Shown: positions 13,289-25,100 of the stretch, piece by piece
How the letters are laid out: every line of letters begins with the position of its first letter
Numbering within the stretch: position 1 is the first letter of the stretch
NCBI GenBank assembly: GCA_021613535.1
Contig: CP075496.1
Span: 12,338,001 to 12,402,000, forward strand
Reading direction: 5' to 3'
Length of the DNA: 64,000 nt
Source of the DNA: Adineta vaga
Taxonomy: Eukaryota; Animalia; Rotifera
Program-made: the position numbers and the translations under genes
Notes under the pieces: model-generated
Databases searched by the model: none
What the model was told of the DNA's origin: nothing
Seen by the model: only the letters and a program-made list of their open reading frames with translations

Positions 13289-14513
13289 TTACAAATGACC
13301 ATTAATGTCAAGAAATGTAGTTTTCCAAGATCTGACTAAACATTCGAATCTTTCCTTCACAGCATTGGAATAAGATTTGCCATATGGTTGACGTTTGTTG
13401 ATTAATGCTTGGAGATCATTACGTGCTCGTTCAACAATCTTTTAATATTTATTGAAGTACAAAATTATCTTTTGTAAATAGAATGAGAATAACTTACATC
13501 ATCAATTGAATCTTTTGATGTATCATATTGTACTGGATCACCAATAAATAAAGTTAATTTAGCTGGAATTGGTATTTGAATGAAAGTAACGAGAAACCAT
13601 ACTGTCGATGCTGTTACAAGTAAAATTGGTCGTATTACCGGAAGATCTAATTCAAGTATATAGGAAAATAAACGACCAAGGCCTAGAAAATTCCAAAGAG
13701 ATAGTATTGGATTCCAACGCATTTCATCAACATTGGCTAAGAATAGTGGAACAATGGGTACTTGAGCTTCAATAGCAACATGAGCAAAGCCTTTACCTAT
13801 AGAATAGAATTAAACGAATGAAATCATTACGAAAAATAAAGGAACTTACGTTTTTTCGGCCAACATACTTTATAAGCATTCTCATGACCAATCATACCTT
13901 CATCAGCTCCACCTAAATACCAACTGCGAATTAAAACGAAATGTTCAGAAACAAAAAAAAGGAGTTACCTGGAATTACTGCAACCCAAAAACCACTTTTT
14001 AATAATGAAGATGCACTTTTTGGTTCACCTGGTACAGCACCCATTAATCGTAGAAAGGGAAAAAATACTGTCAGTAATCGATGAATCAAAGGTCTAAACA
14101 ATTGCATTTAAATAAAACTTTCACAATGGAATAAAAGATTTTTTACCGAAGCATTCGTCCTGTCATATGATAGAAGCAAACAAGTGTTCCTAAAATATCA
14201 CCATTATGTGTTGAATGTCGAGCAATAAAAAGACATCCTTGATCGACATCTATTTTCTCACTTCCAACAACTATACAGGGCGAAAAAATTAATCAATCAA
14301 GTATTTTCAATTTGTCTTACCTTCAAATGCATGAAAGAAAACAAAAAAATAATAATAAATGAATGTTAATAACCGGAAAAACCATGATTGACCAATAACA
14401 TGATCAGGTAAAAATGCGAGACGAGTTCGAACTGAATAACGTCGTGCTTCATTTCGTACAGTCGGGTCAGAAATATTCATATCTGTTTTCTTTTCTAAAC
14501 CTATGAAATCCAT
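13289..14513 (-). CDS. TMEM68: TMEM68-like / DGAT2-superfamily glycerolipid acyltransferase, multi-exon
   Basis: RHSTHNGD, GAVPG, PGGADEG..YKVCW.KKRKGFAHVAIEAQVPIVPLF and KLTLFIGDPV resemble the TMEM68 acyltransferase motifs. Confidence 0.7.
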
Positions 14514-14901
14514 TTTATTCACAATTAACGATAATAATGATTGAATCGTTATCTAAAATAAATCAACGAATATTGAGTTATACATTGTTTTTGTTTCTAT
14601 TGCACACAACATTAAATAAATTATTTTTGTCACAACATCAAATTAAATTAATAAATAGGCATAGACAAAGAAAAACAAAATACAACGAATGTAAAATACT
14701 TGTTCTTTAGAAATCTCCCATCGACGACACGCCGATTTGACAACAGAAAAGAAAATGAATTAAATTGGTTATTTTTGAAAGAAAGATAAATGATAATCGA
14801 TAAGAATACAATCATAAATATAGAAGTATCTATTTTGGAATATTACGAATAAAATAATGTCTTTTTTATCCATTGATTTCTTTATGAGTAAAAGACTTTA
14901 T

Positions 14902-17459
14902 TTAATAAATTGGTCGCTGTTGATTTCCATCACTACTCATTGCTTGATTGATACCAGCTGTTGCAACTTCACGAGCTGCTCCACGAACAGTTGAACTAAA
15001 AATGAAAAATTAGCTGATTTTCTTTGTCTTCTCTCGATTATGTTTGTATTTACTTATTTACGAAAGCCGTTTGAAATTCACGTTGAGCTTGTTCAAGACT
15101 TGCGCCCGTTTGTCGATATAATCGATGAACCTATACAAGAGAACAAAAAACAAAATAGGTGTGCATCGATAATATTTAGTTCTTCGAAAAACATTATTGA
15201 TTTTATAGAGCAAAATTTAGTTTTATTCAAATCATAGTAGCTAACTCTATACCCTGATTACAGCAACAATGGCTGCCACACTTATCAATGTCCATAGAAT
15301 ACCAAGAATGATCATCATCGTTCCAACAACTTTATTTGTTGACATAATACTGAATCGAGCGAAACCGCTAGATTGAAATGAAAATATTCCATTACAAAAT
15401 ATCCATACAAGGAGACTTTTCACAAGATATTTGAGCGGCGGTAGATAATCATTTGTATCTTACCTGTATTAATAGTAAACTACCAGCGAGACCAATCATA
15501 GCAAAGCTAAATGTCACAATCATGACTAGAAGAGCAACTCCAATTTTGCTTCCACCAGCAGCAAATAATTGAATCATGAGAATAAAACCACTAGAAAAAT
15601 AAAAACACACACATAGCAAAAATTTGATTTTAATTTATTCTATCGATTAGTTTTAAGCAAAAGCAAAGCAACAAATCATACAACACCCACCACATGCCAG
15701 CTATTATTCCAATTGCAAAAAGAATACTTTTGACAATAAACAAAACACCGTTAAAGAAAAAAACCATAAATGAAACAGAACTGTCAGTTCTAAATTGAAG
15801 TAAAATATGCCATCAACAATGTGATCTTTGTGAAGATGAACAAATATAAGTGAAACAAAGCAAGTGAAGTTAAGGATAGTGTGCACATGCAAAAGACAAC
15901 GAATTTTTGACATAGAAAAAAGATTACCATCCGAGATTAGCAATACCAAAAAATTGTAAAACTGTTATGACGAGTTGAATGAAGAAGATGAGAAAAAAGA
16001 TCATAAAATTTGATGCACTGTCTTCTCTAGATTAGGTTAGAAAAAGCATTATGTATAGATTAGATTAGATTAGATTAGTATTATAAAGAATCCGTATGAT
16101 ATCAGAGAGGACTCACATTGATAAATTATCATGGAACTGCTAGAAAACGTACGAGTCATTAAAACATGCTACAAATTTAGATATCGATAAGAGAATTAGT
16201 CTCAAAAATCGTTTTTCTAAAAAATAGAAGTTATGTCGAACCTGAATGCACGATAAACTGGTCGAAACCAACACACATATGATAATGGCACAAATAACAA
16301 TAGATAAACCAGTGATAATCCAAATGTAGTTGCACCCTCTTTCGCAACCACTAAAGAGAAACAAAAACAACGTTTGAATTTTTTAACAAACACATATTTA
16401 TATTCATTTTACCAAAATAAGATAATGCCGCAATCATATTCAAGAACAATGTTAACGCATAAGCTAAATATATGTGCACATATTTATTCGAATTAAACAA
16501 GAGACTAAGAATAGAAACGTACCAAGCCATAGATAATAAATATATCGAACCCAAAGTTGAAATTGAGTAGGAATTTCTATATTAATATCTTGATAAAAAC
16601 AAGGTCGGCATGGACATATTGATGGTAATGGTGGAAAGTTATTTACTCGTTCTAAATTGAATATTTTTCAATTATTTCAATATAATTTATTAATAAATGA
16701 ATGAAACATATTTTTGATTATAGAATCTTACATTTTCTATGGACAAAAAAGTCAAACGCTGAAATCATATTGTTTACTTTCAAATTCTTTCACTTATCTG
16801 TCACACATTTTATCTGACATGATTACTCATTCTTGACTAGGTTACTCACATGATACATAAATAAGACAATGGAGAGAATCTCTGTTAACTATGATTACTC
16901 ATTTATGTACTTACGTCCAATTTTTCCTGGATTAGATATTGCACGTTCACGCTCAGCGAGACGTTTTTCACGTTCTTCAAGTTCAGCTTGTTGTCGTTCG
17001 TATTGACTAAGATCAAGACGAGTTGCTGCTGGTTTTGAATCAGTAGTATATCTATCTGTCGACTGTTGAGTTGCAAATGGTTTTGTTACAGATGCAGATG
17101 CAGGTGTTGATGGTTGATAGACCGGTGGTGGTGGTTGATATACCGGTGGTGGTGGTTGATATACCGGCGCTGGTGCTGGTGGTAATACGGCAGCTACACT
17201 CGGTTGTTGGTAAGGTGGAACAGGCTTATAGACAAAGAATATAAATAAGATTTTGAGAAAGAAAAATTTCGAAATATACTCGAGCCGCTTCAGTTGTATT
17301 TGTGAAAGGATTATAATCGTTGTAAGCCGGCTGATTTGAACTGAAAGATATTTAGATAGAAAATCGAATAATTAAATAGAAAAATACGAACAAAGATGCT
17401 GCTGTTGCTTGTCTTATTGAAGAATCAGCAAATGGATTAGTGTCATCATCATAATTCAT
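14902..17459 (-). CDS. SCAMP: Secretory carrier membrane protein (SCAMP) with duplicated alternative TM3 and TM4 exons
   Basis: N-terminal NPFADSS and YNPF, coiled coil [30 protein letters not shown]-peptide [11 protein letters not shown] and C-terminal [19 protein letters not shown]. Confidence 0.93.
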
Positions 17460-17759
17460 CTTAAATGCCTTTTACTTTTGTTCTGGAAGTAACTATACAA
17501 TCTTGAAAAAAGAAATAGAAGTTATCATCTATTAATTCCTCCAATCTAACTATATATATATATAGGAGAAGATGACTAGATCTTTATCGAGTAAATAAAT
17601 ATTGTTTTCCTATGACGCGAAAAAATTTATCACCGCCATCTATAGTTAACATTGATTGGTACATAGATTCGAGCACTCAGTTCAGTTGTAATAGCTTTAA
17701 TTCAATTCACTTCACAGTGATATTCTTTTCTTTTTGTGTAATTACACTGGTTCGTACAG

Positions 17760-18402
17760 ATGAATTCAATCACGTAAGATATTTGATTTCATTACATAAG
17801 TTTCTTCTTAATTTTCATTTAGTAAAGCACGATTATTAAATGACTTAAATGAAAAAGAATTAAAAACTGGTGCAGCTAATACGAATAAAAGTTGGCATAA
17901 TGTTTATCGTGAAAGTGCTTGGATTTATGTTGGTGGATTAGATTTTCTATTAACAGAAGGAGATGTTCTTTGTGTTTTCTCTCAGTAAGAAAATTCTTTG
18001 TTTTACTTTGAAAATAAAGTGAAATTTCTGTTTGTTCTATTTAGATGGGGTGAAATAGTCAATATGAATTTACTACGTGATAAAAAAACTGGTAAATCAA
18101 AAGGTTTTGCATTTATATGCTATGAAGATCAACGAAGCACAATCCTAGCTGTGGATAACTTTAACGGAGTTAAATTGTCTGGCCGCCAAATACGTGTTGA
18201 TCATGTAAAAGATTATAAACCACCAAAAGAACATGAAAATGACGATGATCTGATAAAAACATTGAAAGAACTTGGCTGTGCACCTGGTGTTGAATTACCA
18301 CCACCCTCATCTTCTCCATCATCATCATCATCATCGTCAAGACGCAGAGATGAGAAGACTTCGTCATATGTTAAACACGAACCTAAACGATTTAAAAAAT
18401 GA
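17760..18402 (+). CDS. RBMX2: RNA-binding motif protein X-linked 2 (RES complex, Snu17/IST3), 3 exons
   Basis: [73 protein letters not shown] matches the RBMX2 RRM. Confidence 0.95.
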
Positions 18403-18607
18403 AATGATTTGTATATTGATAAATAAAATCGATGTTTTGTTATTTGTTTGTTTCTTGTGGAAACTGAATTATCCAAAGATAAATTGAATCGATTTTGAAA
18501 GCGAAAGAGTAATAAAAAAAAACTCAGATGTTTTTTCAATAATCTATTCCATTGATTTTGTACTATACATATTTCTATTTTAGAGTAAAAAGAAACGAAG
18601 TTTTCTG

Positions 18608-19678
18608 ATGGTTGTTTTTCATTGTGGAAGTTGCGGTGAATCACTGAAAAAGAATCAAGTCGATAAACATATTGGAAGTACATGTCGACGAGTACAAGCA
18701 CTTTCCTGTATTGATTGTGGAAAAGATTTCACGTATGATTTAATCTTATTTTTATTTTATTCAATATGATTTTGTTTTCCATAGTCGTGATACTTATAAA
18801 GAACATACGAAATGTATTACTGAACAAGAAAAATATGGTGGTGCAAATTATTCAGCACCAACAAATTTGAATAAAGGTGAAAAGAAACAAAATCAATGGT
18901 TTGAAATTGTTCAATCGGCAATTAATCTTAACACCGGTAGTGCACAAGCAAATATTTTATTAAAAAAACTACAATACTATCCAAATACACCACGTAAACG
19001 AGCGAAATTTATTGTAAGTCGTTCTTTTTTACGAAATATTTAACAGAAGAAACATTTATACATATGTTTAGAATTTCGTGAACAATTCAATCAAAGGATT
19101 CCCACCTCGAACAGTCGAAGAAGTGTGGTCTATACTTGAAAAGTTGTTACCAAAAGTAATGTGTTAGAAATCATGTAGATAATCAGTAAACGATGAATAT
19201 TTCTTTAGCCTTCCAATAATGAAATGAATCAAACAAAGAAAACGGATACAGAAGAACAAGTATCTGTTCAAACTGAAAACGATGATAAATCTTCAATAAA
19301 ACGCAAAAACAATGAAGACGACGATCAATCGTCAAAGAAAGCAAAAATCAATGATGAAGATGGAAATGTTCAAGATGATAACAATGAAGCAGTACCATCG
19401 AATCCTCGTTTTGAATGGTACGATGAAATAAAACGTGCATTAAGTAAAGCTACAGATCAAACGCTTGATTTCGACGCTTTAAAGAAAAAGGTAATATTAT
19501 CATGAAATTATTTGAATTCTCAAGGTTTGTTTTTTTGTAGATCTATAAACGATATAAAAAAATGAAACCAAAGCAAGATAAAGAAGATGAAACATTGTTT
19601 AAAAAATTAGAAAAGAAAATTCAACGAGCACCATTTGTTCAACAACTCGAAGGAAATGTTTATCGATTGTCTGAATAA
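18608..19678 (+). CDS. LYAR: Cell growth-regulating nucleolar protein LYAR, 5 exons
   Basis: MVVFHCGSCGESLKKNQVDKH..C..LSCIDCGKDF..YKEHTKCITEQEKYG (LYAR C2HC fingers) and PNTPRKRAKFINF. Confidence 0.93.
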
Positions 19679-19962
19679 ATAGTGTTGTTTCTCTCGAAAT
19701 CTCTTGAAAAACAGATGTGTTGTTGTTACTGTTATGATTTTCGAGATCAATAAATAGATGAAATTAACTAACTTAATTTTGAATTCATATAAGACGGATA
19801 TACTTCTTTGATCGCTTTGATGATTGAAGAATTTTCATGATTCATCATGGGCTAGTCGTTATTTCACAATCATGAGTAACGTTAGTCATCTCTCACATGT
19901 TTTTACGTAAAAGCGATAACAAGGCATCTTAGATACAATTCATTTCATTTAAAATAAAAAGA

Positions 19963-21931
19963 ATGCCATTAAATACAATACCTGTTGAATTGGTTTATCG
20001 TATTCTTGACAATCTCGATGAACTCACAATCATTTTATCATTGTATAATACTTGTTCACGACTCAACAAAATCATTGAAGCATATAGTCGTCTAGAGTAA
20101 GCTGCACGATTTCAATATTTAATTAACTTCAAATATTTTTACTATCGTATTTAAACGTTTCCCTTCATCATCTTGTTTTTAATAGTCATTACATACTTTG
20201 GATGTTGCCAATAATAGTAGTCAACATTGCTCAATAGAACGTATAAGTGAAGCATTAGCGCCAATATGGAAAGTGAAAAATTTTATGAATTTACAACATT
20301 CACATTTTTCAATTTTAATGCTAGGTAGTCACAACATTGTATCTTGGCTCTTATCAGGTGGATGATCGAGCTATACGATTTGTTGCCAACATACTTAAAT
20401 ATAATAAGGTAAGGAATGCCGGAATGTTCAGTTCACACGTCTCTTCTCTAATTCATTACAGAACTTAACAACATTATCCTCGGGATTTAGTAATATCTAT
20501 GCAAGTGGTATTAAATGCTTAGCAGACGAATTAAAAAATAATACAGTAAAATTATCAGAATTTTGATTGATTTAATTGACTCTCTATTTCCTCTTACAGA
20601 CTCTTACGACACTTGTCCTTTCATCAAATCATATAGGTGACGAAGGAGTACAATATTTGGCTAGTGCTTTAAATAGGAAAACAGTGAGATGATGTCCTCG
20701 TGCAATAATGTACATGATCTTATTATATTAATAATTGTATTATAGATGCTTACTAGTCTCGATCTTGAAAACAATCAAATTAGTGATCAAGGTGCAGAAT
20801 ATCTAGAAAGTGTGTTGAAAACTAATAAAGTAATAATTATATTATATGTGAACTTGTTATTCATTTCTATATTCTATACAAGTCTTTAATGGTTCTTGAT
20901 CTAGCGAGAAATGTTTTTAACGATCATGGAATACATTCTATAGCCAAAGGACTACAGAAAAATAAGGTAAAAACAAAAATTTACAAGCAACATATCTATA
21001 TATTTGTCAATTTGAATAGATTCTTACAGTTTTGATTCTATCTTATAATCAAATCAGTTCAAAAGGAGCTGAATTCTTAGCTATGGCTTTACAAAATAAT
21101 ACAGTACACTTTTCTTGTAGAAATTCTTTCAAAATATACTGAAGTTATTTTTAATACAGACACTAACAAAACTAAATCTCATGCATAATCGAATACAAGA
21201 TAATGGTGCAAAACATTTGGCATATGCATTACAGCAAAATTCAGTTAGGTTCATATCTTCAAAAATAATCTCATTATAATCATTGTTCGTACATATAGAC
21301 ACTCGTTAGTTTAAATCTTGCATTCAACGGGATCACTCATGAAGGAGTACAATATTTAGCAGATGCATTACGAAATAATACTAGAGATCAATGTTCAATC
21401 TCGTCGCTTCAAATATTAAATCTGTCTGCAAATGAAGTTAGCAATCAAGGAACAGAATATTTAGCTGAAATGTTACAAACGAATCAAGTAAAAAAGAGCT
21501 CTGTTAAGAATTTATTTGATATTAAACTTTTTGTCTTATCACAAATAGATTATCACGACATTACACCTCTCTAACAATAAGATCAGTTCTCCGGGAATGC
21601 AACATCTAGCTACCATGTTGGAAACGAATAATGTAAGATAATTTTTTCATTGAAGGTGAAGATTCTACTAACATTTATTCGTACAAACAGACATTAACAG
21701 AACTATACCTTCGATCAAATGAATTTGCAGAGAATGATGTGAGATATATCATTCATTCTTTAGAGAAAAATACAGTAAGCTCATTGGTTTACTGTTGTAC
21801 GTTTTAAACTTTCATATTTTGTTATCTAGACACTTCGAAAATTAGATCTTGGTTGTCGAACTGACAGTTCTGTACAGAAAGAATTGACTGGCATAATAAA
21901 AAACAAAATGTTACAAGTATTATGGTGGTGA
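19963..21931 (+). CDS. F-box-like + ribonuclease-inhibitor-type LRR protein (about 13 LRRs, mostly one 84-nt exon per repeat)
   Basis: Exon 1 is F-box-like (LNTIPVELVYRILDNLD..CSRLNKII). Repeated phase-0 exons follow, e.g. TLTTLVLSSNHIGDEGVQYLASALNRKT. The phase of the first junction is problematic (see findings). Confidence 0.8.
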
Positions 21932-22125
21932 ATGATATAATGAATCGAAATAATCTTATTGGAAAATTTCATTTTATTAATTTACTTTCCATGTTATGAC
22001 ATGGAAAAATACAATGAAATGATTTAAATGATAAAAATGAAAAATGAAGCCCTATTACAATATAACAGATAGAACACTATATGTTTGATATACATGAATG
22101 CAGAAAGAAGAGGAAATGATCAATA

Positions 22126-25100
22126 CTATGTCTTGTTCTTGTTTCGTTCAACTAAACTAGCTTTATCATGATCAGTTTCTTTGCTTTGAGGATCAAATTG
22201 TTGTAGCTGTTGTTTAGGTGGAGGAGCTACATGAAAAATATTCAAAGTCATTTGATAATACTTTACAATGAAAACGAAAAAAGTACCTTTTCGATTTGGT
22301 TTTGATGGAGGTGGTTGAAGTTCAACATTCAATTTAGCTGGTTCGTCTGATAATGATCCTGATCCACTTGGTTGACTAGATGTTGTTGTTGCACCAAACA
22401 TTGGATTAGAGAATACTGGTGGTGATGTCTATAAAGTACAATAATGTTATGTAAATGTACAAATATTTTCCTATTTTATTTACTAATGTTGATGCATTGC
22501 TGGCAGTTGTTGATCGAGCATTTCGAAATCGTACTGTATTAATAGTATCCGTCGAACGAGTAACAAAGTTTCGTAAATTATTCCATGTCGATCGCAGAGC
22601 TGTTGGTAATGGAAGAGTTGGAACAGATTGAATACTATACATAGATTTATATACACTTAATAACTCGTCCTTAGAAAACGTATTAATAAAAGAAGTAGAA
22701 AGTTAAGTGTTAAATTTTAGATAGAAAAAATCAATAGTAAATAATTGTGAATACGTTCGAGAAAAATATTTGTTCTTGTTATATATTCTTAACTAACCTT
22801 CCTCTACGTTTAACTTGAATAAGTGCAAATACAACAATACCAGTTAATAAGAAGGTAATTAGCACACCAATAATAAATTTATACTTATGTTTAAAAACAG
22901 TATCAATAAAACGTCGTCTATCGCATCGTTCACCAGTAAATCCTATACGAAAGAAACGTTCTATTTGAATTTCAATGTTTATTCACTATACCTGGCAAAC
23001 AATCGCATCCAACTATTCGATAATTCGTATTTTCATCAGCTTGATAAACGCATTTGCCATGTACACAATTACATTGTAAAACATTTTCACGTTCAGCAAC
23101 AATAGCTGAAAGAAAAACATGATCAATATTTACAAGAGATATAAATTCTTTTCACATTGTACTATATACATACGTGCATTACAAGTTCGACTATCTTCTT
23201 GCATATCGGTATCAAGTGGACATAAACATTGATACTGATTCGATGGTTTTAAAACACATAAATGTGAACAATTTGATGTTGAACATGGATTAGACACTGA
23301 AAAATAAAATGAATCGTCTGCTTTTGAAAATTGTTTTTCTAAATAGTTTTATCAAACCTGATTGAATTTGTTTCAATGGATGATAGATTCTCACAAACAA
23401 AGGTGATTCTAAATGATCAAGAACACGCGTTGATACTCCTCGACCAAATTTTTCAATCGAATTTAGTGAACGATTTTCTCGATTAATCCAATATAAATGA
23501 CTTCCAAATATATCTAAAGAATGTGGTGCATGAATACCAATATGCGCAATAGTAATTCGATCTGTGCCATCGTAGTTCATTGATTCAACAGATTCTTTCT
23601 TTTCATCTGTCCAATAAACACGATAATTTTGATAGAAATCAATAACTAAATCTGTTGGATAGATTATATCTGTATCGACTAATATCGTACGATTTTCACC
23701 ATTCATATAAGCTGATTCAATAGCAACAACACGTTCAGTAACATTATTATACATTTCATATTCATAATTAATGAAATAAAGTATTCCAAGTATTGGATTA
23801 ACAGCAACAACCCATGGAGATTCGATATTTGTAATCAATTTTGTTGCATAACGTCCATCATTTTTCATCACCCATATACAACCATGAGTAGTATCCGTTG
23901 CATATAGATTTTGACCAATCCAATCGATTGAAATACTAGTCGGATTGATTGTATGATCAGTATCTTCGAAGAGAAGTTCTTGTGGATGCGCTATTGAGAT
24001 TGAACTTGGAGTGAGATGTGCACGATAGACTTCATAATTTGATTCATCAATCCAATAGAACATACGATTTGTTGTATCGATCGAAATAAAACCAGCATTG
24101 TGTTGATCTTCAATAAGAACCCCATAATGTGCTGCATTGTCAGCAGAATTTCGACGGAGACGACGAATATCTTCAGGTTCAGAAATGAGAAGATCGATTG
24201 TTGGATCTAAATGATAAAAGAAATGTGTCAACGGTTTTTATTGTTTTTTTCTCTGTATAGATTTTAATCAATATGCATGATATCTATGGAGCCAGTGAAT
24301 GGAAATTTTTACCTCCAGCATGACAATCCGATCGATTGACACCACTTGGTTCGAAACCTGCAGCACATTCACAATGAAATCCACCTTTTTTATTGATACA
24401 TATTTGTGAACAATAATTCAATGTTGAATTTTGACATTCATTAATATCTTCACATTTTGATGTTTCTTTATTAAACATATAACCTGAATGACATGAACAA
24501 ACAATTCCTCTATTGTTAGGTAAATCATGACATTGTTGATCACAATGATTTGTTTGATTTGCACATGTTATTGTTGTATTATGGTGACATGTTAATTCAT
24601 CTGATTCATCACCACAATCATCAACTAAAAACAATCAAAATTCTAAGTTACTCAAGAGATTTGTTTGTTCAATTCATTTACATTCATCGCATAAATCCGA
24701 AAATCGAATACATCGATTTGTATGAGGACATCGAAATTGTGGACATGTTAAAGGTTGATTTCTTGTTCGACATATACCATGAATATCTTCATCACTACCA
24801 TCACCACAATTATCTACATGATCACATACACGCCAACGATAGATACATCGACCATTTGTACAGCTAAAGTAAAACAATGAAGATTTCTATTGCTGATTTG
24901 AAGAACATGAATTATTCATACCGGAAATGATTTGTTGTGTTACAAGGCACAGTTCGACAAACTTCAAGTGTTTCATCACTATAGAAGAAAAGAAAGAGAT
25001 CAGAAAAGAAAATATTCATTTGTTTTCAATTACCTATTATCAATACAATCATTATCTAGAGAACAAATGTTTCAAAATTCATTGATATGAAGAATAAGAA

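Noticed and set aside
18170-18701. Overlapping ORFs with poly-M, poly-D and poly-H
   Set aside because: They are alternative-frame or antisense readings of the (TCA)n poly-Ser tract in RBMX2.
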